Below, piece by piece: positions 47,047-56,883 of a stretch of DNA of 64,000 bases (within the stretch, counting starts at the first letter, position 1; every line of letters begins with the position of its first letter). The DNA lies in the NCBI RefSeq assembly GCF_030019085.1, contig NZ_JASEFJ010000009.1:255-64254 (forward strand), read 5' to 3'. Source of the DNA: Methanoculleus sp. (GTDB lineage Archaea > Halobacteriota > Methanomicrobia > Methanomicrobiales > Methanoculleaceae). Both the position numbers and the translations under genes were made by a program. The notes under the pieces are model-generated. The model was not told the origin of the DNA and searched no databases. It saw only the letters and a program-made list of their open reading frames with translations.

Positions 47047-47456
47047 TTACGAGAGATCGCATATCTTTGTATAAAATGAATCAGTGATGTACTGGAAGGA
47101 TTGAGGCGGAATAAAATCTTCGTTGAATTCCCGTGGGTCCACGGGTCTATCGAATTTATTGATACCTCCAATTTCAATGGCGTATCCCCCCTTTCCTTAC
47201 CACTGAAATAGGAAGAGTATTCCTCCTCACAGAGTCCGGAGACGTCCCTGAACCTCTCCCGGAGGTTCAGAGGGTGGTCTTCAGTGATCGAGCCTATCAC
47301 GCACGTTCCAACAATTTTCTTCACGGGGCTGCTGGAGTAGATTACGATCTCTCGGATCCCTTTGTTTTTAAAGATGGTTTTCCGGAACTCGCATCTTTTT
47401 GAGCCACAGAGGATTTTATCAGCATATTCTGGTTTAATGGACAGTAAAACTCTCAT
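47047..47456 (-). pseudogene. ASCH (PUA-like) domain gene interrupted by a frameshift in a G6 (plus-strand C6) homopolymer
   Basis: Frame a runs from ATG 47456 and reads MRVLLSIKPEYADKILCGSKRCEFRK...YFSGKERG. After the C-run at 47186-47191, the -1 frame reads GYAIEIGGINKFDRPVDPREFNEDFIPPQSFQYITDSFYTKICDLS* with its stop at 47047-47049. That is the canonical ASCH C-terminus. Confidence 0.7.
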
Positions 47457-47576
47457 TGATTCCTCCATTAGTCTTGATCCATTCATACGAGAACTCTGAA
47501 AAACCACGTTATGCCCCCCTGAAAAGCAGGGCCATTCTTGTGAATTCTACCCCACCAGAAGTTATGGCAGGGGTTT

Positions 47577-48803
47577 CTACCCCCGTCGATACCGCGTCGC
47601 GACCAGGAAGACTAGCGCCGCCCCGGCCGTCGCCGCCCCGAACCCCGGTGCAGTCGTCGTCGGTACCGGTTCTCCCGTCTCCACTCCAAGCTCCGTGATC
47701 ACGGCCAGCCAGGCGGTGCTGTTGCCGGAGGAGACGATCTGGATACCCGCCAGGACATAACCGCCATCAGGAACGCTGGCGGCGGCATACACCCGGCTCT
47801 CCGGGAACTTCATACTCCAGAGGATGGCGCCGTCAGAATCCGTCCCGAAGGCAAGACCCTCCCCGCTCACTGCATCCGTACCTGCAACCAGATACCCGCC
47901 GGCGGGCTGGAGGGCGACAGAGTAACCGGCGAACCCCTCCATGTTCCTGACCCAGACCTCTTCCCCGTCCGAATCAACAACCCCATACCAGTAGTTCCCG
48001 GAGTAGACAAACCTGCCATCCCCGGTCTCCTTGAGGTCGAATATGACCGGAACCTGGTAGTTCCTGTACCAGAGGGTGTTACCGTCAGCATCGAGGCGGA
48101 TGATGAACCCGTCCCCCTTATCGTACGTGAAGGGCGATGACGTCCCCCCGATAAGATACCCGCCATCAGAAGTCACAATCCCGGTGTTCACCGCGGTGCC
48201 CGGAAACGTCCGGTTCCAGACAGGTGTCCCGTCCCCATCGGTCTTCACCAGCACCCCCGTCGTCTCGTTCTCAGAGCCCGTCTCGTTCCAGAGCCAGCCA
48301 GCGGCAACATACCCGCCATCAGGCGTCTCTGCAACCGACGAGACCTTCATCCCCGGAAGAACCTCCCGCCACTCCTCTTCACCCGCAGCGTTTAGCCTGA
48401 CCAGGAACGAGGTGCCCTGATATACAGTCCCCCCGTCGCTTGAGACGTTGTATACACCGGCGATAAACCCGCCATCCGCTGTCACCGCAACGGAGGCCGG
48501 TGCCATCCCGGGTAACCTTGTCAGCCAGACCTGGTTACCCGTGCCATCGGTCTTCACGAGCATCACGTCCTCCACCCCACCGATGGTTCGTGACAGGGTT
48601 GAACCGATGAGGATAAACCCGCCATCCGCGGTGGCTGCAACGGCATCAAACTTGTTCTCGTTCTCCAGCGTAAACGTCGTGTTCCAGACGACCTCTGGAG
48701 AGGTCGCAGTTGCAGAGACGACCCCCACCGGCAACACCACCGCAAAGAGCAGTGCTACAAGGATCGCCCCCCGTTGCCAGAAGGCCCGAGATTTTTCTGT
48801 CAT
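47577..48803 (-). CDS. Secreted repeat (beta-propeller-like) surface protein with PGF-CTERM archaeosortase signal
   Basis: 408 aa with a signal peptide. It has seven repeats of x[TS][AP]DGG[FY] alternating with D-x-x-G-x-x-x-W. The C-terminus is TTTAPGFGAATAGAALVFLVATRYRRG. Confidence 0.75.
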   Translation of the reverse strand: MTEKSRAFWQRGAILVALLFAVVLPVGVVSATATSPEVVWNTTFTLENENKFDAVAATADGGFILIGSTLSRTIGGVEDVMLVKTDGTGNQVWLTRLPGMAPASVAVTADGGFIAGVYNVSSDGGTVYQGTSFLVRLNAAGEEEWREVLPGMKVSSVAETPDGGYVAAGWLWNETGSENETTGVLVKTDGDGTPVWNRTFPGTAVNTGIVTSDGGYLIGGTSSPFTYDKGDGFIIRLDADGNTLWYRNYQVPVIFDLKETGDGRFVYSGNYWYGVVDSDGEEVWVRNMEGFAGYSVALQPAGGYLVAGTDAVSGEGLAFGTDSDGAILWSMKFPESRVYAAASVPDGGYVLAGIQIVSSGNSTAWLAVITELGVETGEPVPTTTAPGFGAATAGAALVFLVATRYRRG

Positions 48804-48901
48804 GGTGATCCATCAGAGGTGGGGCCTGACACACAAAAAGTGTGGTGGTTCGCGCCACCGGCAATCCCTTAATGAACGTGGACTCCCAATAGTTCTAGCA
48901 C

Positions 48902-49912
48902 GTGCTCGCGACATTCGACGGAACATGGGTGCACCTGAAGAACGAAGGGCGCACGCTCTACGACCAGGGTGGCTACGGGAGACCGGAGAAAGACGGTCTC
49001 TATCTCTCCCTCGAAGAAGCCCTCTACCTCATGGAGCGAAACAAGATCGAGGTGAAAGACCTCGACTTTGACACCCTGCTCGGTCTCTTCGCCGACCGGC
49101 CGAACTTCATCCGCAGGTACCTGGTCTACCGCGACATCCGTGAGCGGGGATACGTGATTCAGCCGGGTCCGCACGACTTTCGTGTCTTCCACCGGGGTCA
49201 TAAACCAGGGTCCGGAAAGTCGCGATACCTGATCCGGGTTCTCTCAGAACGCGATCTCGTCGATTTCGACCGTCTGGATCAGGACGCGCTCGCCGCGGTC
49301 AACATGCGAAAACAGTACCTCCTGGCGGTCGTCGACGACGAAGACGAACTGACCTACTACGAGGTACGGCTACAGGACCTCCCGCCGGTCAGCAACCCCC
49401 TGGCCTGTGAAGCGCCGGTGGAGGCCAGGCTCCTCGGAACGTACGCCCTTGCCCACCTGCCGCCAGGAAACCAGCTTGAGGAGGAGTGGTATGGCAAGAG
49501 ACTCGATACCGAACGCCTCCTCTTCCGCCCCGTAGAGTCGATCTACCTGATGCGTAAACGCTGTCTTGAAGTGCTTCACGACGGCGGGCAGATGACCGCA
49601 GAGACCCTCCTTGACGTGGTTGCGCAGACAGATCTCGAGATCCACGAGAAAGAACGTGTCTTTTCCGACCTCCGGGACAAAGGCTACATCCCGAGGACGG
49701 GCTACAAGTTCGGCCACCACTTCCGTGTCTACTCCGGAAAGAAGAGCCACTCCGAGATGCTTGTCCACGCCGTACCGGCAGGATCGTCCATGCCGATGAG
49801 TGCCGTCTCGCGCTCCGTCAGGCTCGCTCACAGCGTCAAAAAGAAGATGTTGTTTGCCTGCGTACATAACACAGGTATCAGGTACGTCGAATTTGCCAGA
49901 ATAAAACTGTGA
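48902..49912 (+). CDS. endA: tRNA-splicing endonuclease EndA (two-unit, long form)
   Basis: 336 aa with a GTG start. Motifs YDQGGYG and YKFGHHFRVY...HSEMLVH, and a duplicated domain architecture. Confidence 0.85.
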   Translation: MLATFDGTWVHLKNEGRTLYDQGGYGRPEKDGLYLSLEEALYLMERNKIEVKDLDFDTLLGLFADRPNFIRRYLVYRDIRERGYVIQPGPHDFRVFHRGHKPGSGKSRYLIRVLSERDLVDFDRLDQDALAAVNMRKQYLLAVVDDEDELTYYEVRLQDLPPVSNPLACEAPVEARLLGTYALAHLPPGNQLEEEWYGKRLDTERLLFRPVESIYLMRKRCLEVLHDGGQMTAETLLDVVAQTDLEIHEKERVFSDLRDKGYIPRTGYKFGHHFRVYSGKKSHSEMLVHAVPAGSSMPMSAVSRSVRLAHSVKKKMLFACVHNTGIRYVEFARIKL

Positions 49913-49922
49913 GCGTCATTAC

Positions 49923-51179
49923 ATGGATTCTGAGATCAACCCGTGGTCAAACAGCCAGACCGTCGATCTGGATCGACTCTTTTCCGAGTTTGGTATCGAG
50001 CCTATAGGTGAGGTGGCACGAAACCTTCCAGAGATACCGCCGTTCATCCGCCGGGGTATCGTCGTAGGGCATCGGGATTACAACCTGATCGCCGACGCCA
50101 TCCGGAACAGAACCCTGTTTCATGTCCTGACCGGGTTCATGCCCTCCGGTCTCCCGCACCTCGGGCACCTGATGGTCATGAAAGAGGTCGTCTGGCACGT
50201 GCAGCAGGGCGGGACCGGCTACGTCGCCATCGCCGACCGGGAGGCGCACGCCGTCCGCGGAGTCTCCTGGGAGAAGTGCCGGGAATACGGGAAGGAGTAC
50301 CTCAAGGCCCTCTACGCCCTCGGGTTCGAGGGCACGACCTACTACCAGAGCCGAAACGATCGTTTGAAGGACCTGGCCTTCGAGGCATCAACCAGGGTAA
50401 ACTTCTCGGAACTCAATGCAATATACGGGTTTGGCCCGGATACGTCGCTCTCTCACGCCATGAGCGTCGTCACCCAGGTGGCTGACATCCTCTTCCCGCA
50501 GGTCGATGCCGGTCCGGCGCCCACGATCGTCCCGGTCGGCCTTGACCAGGACCCGCATCTCCGGCTAACCCGGGACGTGGCCTACAAACTCCGGATGTTC
50601 ACCGTCGAGGACCGCGGCGAGTATATCAGCGTCCGCTCAAAGAACGCCCCTGTAGGGGCTATCGAGGCGGTTCATCGCGCGTTCCCGGACTCGAAGAAGT
50701 ATGCGGCCCACGTGGATATACCGGGTCTTACGCAGACCCAGGTGGAAGAGATCGTCCGGCGGATCGAGATCGAGCACGGCGGGTTCGGGTTCTACCGCCC
50801 CTCCTCGACCTACCATATCTTCATGCCCGGGCTTCAGGGTGGGAAGATGTCAAGCAGCGTGCCGGGAAGCCTCTTCGGGTTTTATGAATCCGAGTCTTCG
50901 GTAAAGAAGAAGGTCATGGCGGCGCTTACCGGCGGGCGGATGACGCTTGAGGAGCAGAGACGTCTTGGCGGCGATCCGGACTCCTGTCCGATCTACCTCC
51001 TGAACCTCTTCCACATGCTTGAGGACGATATCGAACTTGCTGACCTGCGCCGCCGCTGCGAGAGCGGTGAACTCACCTGCGGCCAGTGCAAGAAAGAGAC
51101 CCTGGAACGGGTGCAGGCGTTCCTTGCAGACCTGCGGGACCGGATGGATGCGGTGGAGCACCTTGCAGAGGAGGTCTGA
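49923..51179 (+). CDS. trpS: Tryptophan--tRNA ligase (archaeal/eukaryotic type)
   Basis: 418 aa with the N-terminal INPW...FG pattern, the HIGH-like motif PHLGHL and KMSSS. Confidence 0.85.
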   Translation: MDSEINPWSNSQTVDLDRLFSEFGIEPIGEVARNLPEIPPFIRRGIVVGHRDYNLIADAIRNRTLFHVLTGFMPSGLPHLGHLMVMKEVVWHVQQGGTGYVAIADREAHAVRGVSWEKCREYGKEYLKALYALGFEGTTYYQSRNDRLKDLAFEASTRVNFSELNAIYGFGPDTSLSHAMSVVTQVADILFPQVDAGPAPTIVPVGLDQDPHLRLTRDVAYKLRMFTVEDRGEYISVRSKNAPVGAIEAVHRAFPDSKKYAAHVDIPGLTQTQVEEIVRRIEIEHGGFGFYRPSSTYHIFMPGLQGGKMSSSVPGSLFGFYESESSVKKKVMAALTGGRMTLEEQRRLGGDPDSCPIYLLNLFHMLEDDIELADLRRRCESGELTCGQCKKETLERVQAFLADLRDRMDAVEHLAEEV

Positions 51180-51183
51180 TACG

Positions 51184-52632
51184 GTGGAACTTACGCAGAA
51201 CGAGAAGAAACTCCTGGTTGCCCTGGCCCCGCTCGGGTCGGCCGATGCGACCACTCTTGCGGAGAGGATGAAGACCCGGCCGGAGGCGGTGGTGCAGTAT
51301 GCGAACCTCGCCAGTGAGCGGGGGCTTGTTGAGGTCGAGAAACACGTCGCCCTGCGGTATCTGCCGACGGAAGAGGGGCAGGCCTATATCGGGAAGGGTC
51401 TTCCCGAGCGGCAGTTGTTCGAGAGTTTCGGAGACGCTATCCCGATGCGAGACCTCCAGAAACACCCGCTTGCAAAGATCGGGATCGGCTGGATGCGCAG
51501 GAAGGGCTGGATCACAATCCGCGACGGTGTGGTGCACAGGACCGGTAACGCTCCACCTGGCCCGGACGAGGTCGTGTTTGCCCGGCTTGGAGAGACCGGC
51601 GAGGTTCCCGCTGGCGAGGAGGGTCTTCTCGATCTCGTGAAACGCGGTCTCATCCGGGAGGAGGAGGCCGTCAACTACACCATCTCGCTAACACCGGCGG
51701 GTAGAGATCTCCTGGCCGCGGGGCTTGATCTCCGGGAGGAGGTCGGGACGCTCACACGGGAGCAGATCCTCTCCGGCGCCTGGGAGAGCCTCCCCCTCCG
51801 GCGCTACGACGTCACAAAACTGCCGCGACGCGTCTACCCTGGAAAGACCCACCCCTACCAGCGTCTCATCGACGAGATGCGCCGCGTCCTCTTTGATATG
51901 GGGTTTGCCGAGATGTCGGGCGGGATAGTCCAGAGTTCGTTCTGGAACTTCGACGCCCTCTTCCAGCCCCAGGATCACCCGGCGCGGGAGATGCAGGATA
52001 CCTTCTTCCTGGCCGAACGCTGGCCTCTTCCCGAGGGTTACGAACGCGTCCGCGATATGCACGAGCACGGCGGGGATACCTCGTCCACCGGATGGGGAGG
52101 GAGATGGAGCGCCGAGAAGGCGCAGCAGTGCGTCCTCCGGACGCACACAACCGGTCTCTCGATCCAGCACCTGGCGGTGCACCGGGAACCGCCGGTCAAG
52201 GCGTTCTGCATCGGCCGGGTTTACCGGCGGGAGGCTATCGACCCCACCCATCTGGCGGAGTTTGAGCAGCTCGAGGGTATAGTGATGGACGAGACCGTGA
52301 ACTTCCGTCATCTCCTCGGGTTCTTGAAGGAGTTCTACGCGAAGATGGGGTTTGATAAGGTCCGGTTCCGGCCGGGCTACTTCCCCTACACCGAACCCTC
52401 CGTGGAGCCTGAGGTCTACGTTGAGGGTCTGGGCTGGGTGGAACTTGGTGGAGCCGGGATCTTTCGTGAAGAGGTGACGGCACCCTTCGGGATCGAGCAT
52501 CCCGTGCTTGCCTGGGGTCTCGGGATCAGCCGGGTGGCGATGCTAAGGCTCGGGTTGCGTGATCTGCGGCACCTCTACAGGAGCGACGTTGAGTGGATCC
52601 GGGAGACGCCCATCTACGGCGGGGGGCGGTGA
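51184..52632 (+). CDS. pheS: Phenylalanine--tRNA ligase alpha subunit
   Basis: Trimmed to the GTG at 51184, just after the trpS stop. Class II motifs [12 protein letters not shown] and GAGIFR. Confidence 0.9.
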   Translation: MELTQNEKKLLVALAPLGSADATTLAERMKTRPEAVVQYANLASERGLVEVEKHVALRYLPTEEGQAYIGKGLPERQLFESFGDAIPMRDLQKHPLAKIGIGWMRRKGWITIRDGVVHRTGNAPPGPDEVVFARLGETGEVPAGEEGLLDLVKRGLIREEEAVNYTISLTPAGRDLLAAGLDLREEVGTLTREQILSGAWESLPLRRYDVTKLPRRVYPGKTHPYQRLIDEMRRVLFDMGFAEMSGGIVQSSFWNFDALFQPQDHPAREMQDTFFLAERWPLPEGYERVRDMHEHGGDTSSTGWGGRWSAEKAQQCVLRTHTTGLSIQHLAVHREPPVKAFCIGRVYRREAIDPTHLAEFEQLEGIVMDETVNFRHLLGFLKEFYAKMGFDKVRFRPGYFPYTEPSVEPEVYVEGLGWVELGGAGIFREEVTAPFGIEHPVLAWGLGISRVAMLRLGLRDLRHLYRSDVEWIRETPIYGGGR

Positions 52633-52634
52633 GA

Positions 52635-54290
52635 GTGGCGATAATAACGCTCTCCTACAGGTACCTTGAAAGGCTAACCGGGGTTGACCGGGGGACGATC
52701 ATAGAGCGTCTCCCGATGATCGGGGCTGATATCGAGCGGGTCGAGGAAGATCACGCGGATGTCGAGTTCTTCCCCGACAGGCCTGACCTCTACTCGCCGG
52801 AGGGTGTTGCACGGGCGATGCGGGGGTTCCTGGGGATCGAGGTGGGGTTGCCGGTCTACGACGTCCACCCCTCCGGGATAACCTTCTCCGTCGATCCGGG
52901 GCTTGCAGATATACGGCCGTGCCTGGGATCGGCGGTGATCCGGAACGTCAACCTTGACGAGGAGTCGATCGAGTCGCTTATGGGTCTCCAGGAGGCCCTC
53001 CACTGGGCGGTCGGCCGCGGCCGTGGCAAGGTGGCGATCGGCGTCCATGACCTTGACGCTGTCAGGCCGCCATTCCATTACATCGCCTCGCCCCGGGATC
53101 GGTCGTTCGTCCCGCTGGACTTTGAGAGGGAGATGACGATGGAGGAGATCCTGGTCGACCACCCAAAAGGCCGGGATTACGCTCACCTGGTTGAGAACTT
53201 CCCGCGGTTCCCGCTGATCGTCGATGCCGACGACCGGGTGCTCTCGTTCCCGCCGATCATCAACGGCGAACTTACGCGGGTAACGACGGCGACAAAGAAC
53301 ATCCTGCTCGACTGCACCGGTACCGACCGTAAGGCGGTGATGACGGCGGTAAACATCATCTGCACAGCACTCGCCGAGGCGGGGGCGAGCATCGAGTCGG
53401 TCAGCGTGGATGGGGAAGAGATGCCCACCCTTGCACCGTCGGAGAGGCTGGTCTCGGTCGAGGAGTGTTCCTCGCTCCTCGGGATCCCCCTCACTCCGGG
53501 AGAGATGACACGGTTGCTCGGCCGGATGAGGTTTGGCGCGGAACCTGCGGATGATTCACGGATCCGGGTTGAGATCCCATGTTACCGGGCGGACATCCTC
53601 CACGACTGGGATATATTTGAGGATGTGGCGATCGCCTACGGGTTTGAGAACTTCGATGCCACACTCCCTGCGGTCTCGACCATAGCAGTGGAGCACCCGG
53701 TCACGAGGATCGAGAGGGCGGCGCGGGCGGTGATGACGGGGCTTGGGTATATCGAGATGATCCCGTTCACCCTCACGAACGAGCGGGTGCTGTATACGAA
53801 CATGCAGCGGCCTCCGTTGCCGGGGACGCTGCGGTTGCTCCACCCGATCAGCGAGGAGCAGACGGTGGTTCGGACTGACCTGTTGCCGCTGTTGATGGAG
53901 GCGCTCCTTGCAAACAAGCACCGTGACCTGCCGCAGCGGTTGTTTGCGGTTGGTGATGTGGTGGAGGACTGTCTGACCTACCAGAAGGTTGCGGCGGTCA
54001 GCATCCACCCGGCGGCGGACTTCTCGGAGGCGTACGCGGCGGCGGACGTCCTCTGCCGGGAGCTCTCGATCGGTTACAGTGTCAGGGAGTCGGCCGACCC
54101 GGCGTTCATCGATGGCCGTCGCGGTGATATAGTTCTCGATGGAAAGGTTGTCGGGGTGTTCGGGGAGATCCATCCGGCGGTGTTGCGGGCGTTCGATCTC
54201 GAGCACCCGGTTGCGGCGCTGGCGCTCGATCTCAGAGCCGTACCGGGATACCCCGCTCCGCCAGGTACTCCTTCACCTGGCGGACGGTGA
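52635..54290 (+). CDS. pheT: Phenylalanine--tRNA ligase beta subunit
   Basis: Trimmed to the GTG at 52635 ([16 protein letters not shown]), immediately after the pheS stop. Confidence 0.9.
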   Translation: MAIITLSYRYLERLTGVDRGTIIERLPMIGADIERVEEDHADVEFFPDRPDLYSPEGVARAMRGFLGIEVGLPVYDVHPSGITFSVDPGLADIRPCLGSAVIRNVNLDEESIESLMGLQEALHWAVGRGRGKVAIGVHDLDAVRPPFHYIASPRDRSFVPLDFEREMTMEEILVDHPKGRDYAHLVENFPRFPLIVDADDRVLSFPPIINGELTRVTTATKNILLDCTGTDRKAVMTAVNIICTALAEAGASIESVSVDGEEMPTLAPSERLVSVEECSSLLGIPLTPGEMTRLLGRMRFGAEPADDSRIRVEIPCYRADILHDWDIFEDVAIAYGFENFDATLPAVSTIAVEHPVTRIERAARAVMTGLGYIEMIPFTLTNERVLYTNMQRPPLPGTLRLLHPISEEQTVVRTDLLPLLMEALLANKHRDLPQRLFAVGDVVEDCLTYQKVAAVSIHPAADFSEAYAAADVLCRELSIGYSVRESADPAFIDGRRGDIVLDGKVVGVFGEIHPAVLRAFDLEHPVAALALDLRAVPGYPAPPGTPSPGGR

Positions 54291-55038
54291 ACTCGCCGTA
54301 GTGGAAGACGCTTGCCGCGAGGCAGGCGTCGGCCTTCCCCTCTGTAAACCCTTTGTAGAAGTCTTCGAGCGATCCCACGCCGCCGCTTGCGACGACCGGG
54401 ATCCCGACCGCTTCCGAGATCGCTCTGGTGATCGGGATATCAAACCCCTCCCGGGTACCGTCGGTCTCCATGCTTGTGAGCAGGATCTCGCCGGCCCCAC
54501 GTTCTTCGGCTTCCATCGCCCATTTTACGGCGTCAAGTCCCGTGGGTCTGCTGCCGCCGTGGGTCACGACCTCATACCAGCACTCCCGGCCGTCGGCGAG
54601 GCTGATCGGCGTCTTGCCGGGGGCCATATCGTAGTTGCGCCGGACGTCTATCGCGACGACGATGCACTGGGTGCCGAACTTCTCGGCGCCTTTTGTGATA
54701 AGGTCGGGGTCTTTGACGGCGCTTGAGTTGATGCTCACCTTGTCGGCGCCCGCACGGAGGATCTGTTTCATGTCGTCAATGTTCCGGATGCCGCCACCGA
54801 CGGTGAGCGGGAGGAAGAGGTGGTCTGCCGCCCGCTGGACCACCTCGATGATGGTGCCCCGGTCTTCGCGGGTGGCGGTGATATCAAGGAAGACCACCTC
54901 ATCGGCGCCCTGCTCGTTGTAGCGTCGGGCGAGTTCCACGGGGTCGCCCGCGTCCTGCAGCCCGACGAAGTGCGTGCCCTTGACGACCCGCCCATCTTTG
55001 AGGTCAAGGCAGGGGATGATCCGCTTCGTTAGAACCAT
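54232..55038 (-). CDS. hisF: Imidazole glycerol phosphate synthase cyclase subunit HisF
   Basis: 268 aa with [16 protein letters not shown] and ADKVSINS motifs. Confidence 0.95.
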   Translation of the reverse strand: MVLTKRIIPCLDLKDGRVVKGTHFVGLQDAGDPVELARRYNEQGADEVVFLDITATREDRGTIIEVVQRAADHLFLPLTVGGGIRNIDDMKQILRAGADKVSINSSAVKDPDLITKGAEKFGTQCIVVAIDVRRNYDMAPGKTPISLADGRECWYEVVTHGGSRPTGLDAVKWAMEAEERGAGEILLTSMETDGTREGFDIPITRAISEAVGIPVVASGGVGSLEDFYKGFTEGKADACLAASVFHYGEFTVRQVKEYLAERGIPVRL

Positions 55039-55186
55039 GGGTACTGGTTATTGAGCGTGAGTTGATGAGGGTTTTGTTCGGTGGGAGAAATTGTCGCCGG
55101 TGGCGTGGGAAGGGGGGGTGTCCTGCAAGCAATATACCGTTTCCGGGCGACACGCCGCGAGTGGGTGATTTACCATGGATGCAGTG

Positions 55187-55475
55187 CCGGCCGGGAAGAG
55201 GGTTTCACCATGTTCTCGCATGAAACTCCGTGGGTATCCCATTTCCATCCCCGTGCACCGCCCCCGGTCAATCGCCACAGACCGCCCGCTCCCATGAGAG
55301 GCCGGGAGGCGGGGGCGTTCCGCCCCACCTCCCCCCGGGGGGTGGCGATTCCCTATCGATACAGTCTCCGGGAGAGGCAACCTCCGGATCGTCTTATTCT
55401 TCCATGTGCACGGCCATCCGGGCCTATCATCACCCACTCTCTGCCTCCCTCACCCCGTCAGCCCCTCTCCACCCA
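55187..55475 (+). repeat. GC-rich intergenic repeat module, copy R2 (partly duplicated)
   Basis: Blocks are CCGGGAAGAGGGT (55191), CAATCGCCAC (55269), CCCATGAGAG (55291), GTTCCGC (55317), GTGGCGATT (55342), TCCGGGAG (55367), GCACGGC (55408) and CTATCATCACC (55424). Confidence 0.65.
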
Positions 55476-55583
55476 CAACCTTCCCCGTGTAAAACTCCTC
55501 TACGTTTAAGTCATCCTGAAGAATACTTTTAGAGACAAACTGGAGGAGCATCCGGGCGGGATAACCGGTCTGGTGATTTTTAT

Positions 55584-56810
55584 ATGGAGTCTGGAGATCT
55601 TAAGATTGCATGGGCGCGGCAGTACATGCCGGTACTCTCGTCCATCCGGAACCGTTTCGTTGAGGAAAAGCCGTTCTCCGGCATGACAATCGGGATGGCG
55701 TTACACGTCGAGGCAAAGACCGCGGTGCTTGTTGAGACACTGGCGGCGGGCGGTGCTGAGGTGCACATCACCGGGTGCAACCCTCTCTCGACCCAGGACG
55801 ATGTATCCGCCGCGCTCAACACCCGTGAGGGGATCCATTCCTACGCCCGCAGGGGTGTGGGGGTGGACGATTACTACGCGGCCATCGACCGGGTACTCGA
55901 CGCAAGGCCGGCGATCACAATCGACGACGGCATGGACCTCATCCATCGCATCCACACGGAGCGCCAGGAGGTGCTGGATACGATCATCGGGGGTTGTGAG
56001 GAGACCACGACCGGCATCCACCGGCTTCGCGCAATGGCGCGGGATGGAGCGCTCAGGTTCCCGGTCGTCGCCGTCAACGACACCCCCATGAAACACTTCT
56101 TCGACAACGTCCACGGCACCGGCGAGAGTTCGCTTGCATCGATCATGATCACCACAAACGTCCTCATTGCCGGGAAACGTCTCGTTGTCGCGGGATACGG
56201 CTACTGCGGCCGGGGACTCGCGCAGAAGGCCAGGAGCCTCGGCGCCCGCGTCATCGTGACCGAGGTCGACCCCCGGCGTGCGCTCCAGGCGCACATGGAC
56301 GGGTTTGACGTCATGACGATGGACCAGGCAGCACCGCTCGGCGACCTCTTCGTCACCACCACCGGGAACACGAGCATCATAACAGAACGTCACTTCCCAA
56401 AGATGAAGGAGGGTGCAATCCTTGCAAACGCCGGGCACTTCAACGTGGAGATCGATGTTGACTGGCTCTCCTCCCACGCCGACTCCACCGTCCACCGCGA
56501 CGGTATCGATACCTACATCCTGGACGGAAAGGCCGTTCACGTCCTCGCCGAGGGAAGACTTGTGAACCTCGCCACCCCGAAGGGTATGGGCCACCCCATC
56601 GAGGTTATGGACCTCAGTTTCGCCGTTCAGGCTCTCTCCGCCGAGTACATCGCGAAGCACGGCCGAGAACTCAAACCCGGTGTCCACGACGTCCCCTCTG
56701 AGATCGACGAGGAGGTGGCACGACTGAAACTCGATGCACTCGGTCTCTCCATCGACCGGCTGACACCTGAACAGGAGGCCTACATGAACTCCTGGACGGT
56801 CGGGACATAA
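55584..56810 (+). CDS. ahcY: Adenosylhomocysteinase
   Basis: 408 aa with IAWARQYMPVL and an NAD-binding GYGYCGRG motif. Confidence 0.95.
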   Translation: MESGDLKIAWARQYMPVLSSIRNRFVEEKPFSGMTIGMALHVEAKTAVLVETLAAGGAEVHITGCNPLSTQDDVSAALNTREGIHSYARRGVGVDDYYAAIDRVLDARPAITIDDGMDLIHRIHTERQEVLDTIIGGCEETTTGIHRLRAMARDGALRFPVVAVNDTPMKHFFDNVHGTGESSLASIMITTNVLIAGKRLVVAGYGYCGRGLAQKARSLGARVIVTEVDPRRALQAHMDGFDVMTMDQAAPLGDLFVTTTGNTSIITERHFPKMKEGAILANAGHFNVEIDVDWLSSHADSTVHRDGIDTYILDGKAVHVLAEGRLVNLATPKGMGHPIEVMDLSFAVQALSAEYIAKHGRELKPGVHDVPSEIDEEVARLKLDALGLSIDRLTPEQEAYMNSWTVGT

Positions 56811-56883
56811 CCCGTGCCCTCGATCTTTTTTCCGGTAAACGGGGTCGAAACCTTAACGCCTATCCCCGCCGACCCTTCTTCTC

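Noticed and set aside
46971-47507. Intact 178-aa ORF as listed in the track
   Set aside because: Its C-terminal 70 aa are featureless and it overlaps tRNA-Gly. The -1 frame after the G6 tract encodes the expected ASCH C-terminus, so the gene is called as frameshifted.
47500-47600. att-like direct repeat of the tRNA-Gly 3' end at the far side of the AT-richer islet
   Set aside because: No match longer than about 6 nt to CCGGGTTCGATTCCCGGCTATCGCA was seen. There is therefore no positive evidence for a bounded integrated element.
47577-48803. Periodic DNA repeats that could be mistaken for an array
   Set aside because: The periodicity of about 135-150 nt is in-frame and corresponds to protein repeats (DGGY/W motifs). 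There are no short identical direct repeats with spacers, so this is not CRISPR.
55701-56687. Long shadow ORFs overlapping confident genes (for example 55701-56687, 59442-60389, 15685-16623, 12486-13433, 42845-43606, 51688-52500, 53556-54206, 3880-4671, 14134-14853, 25180-26115)
   Set aside because: All overlap genes with clear family motifs, have Arg/Pro/Gly-biased compositions, and are typical of GC-rich genomes.
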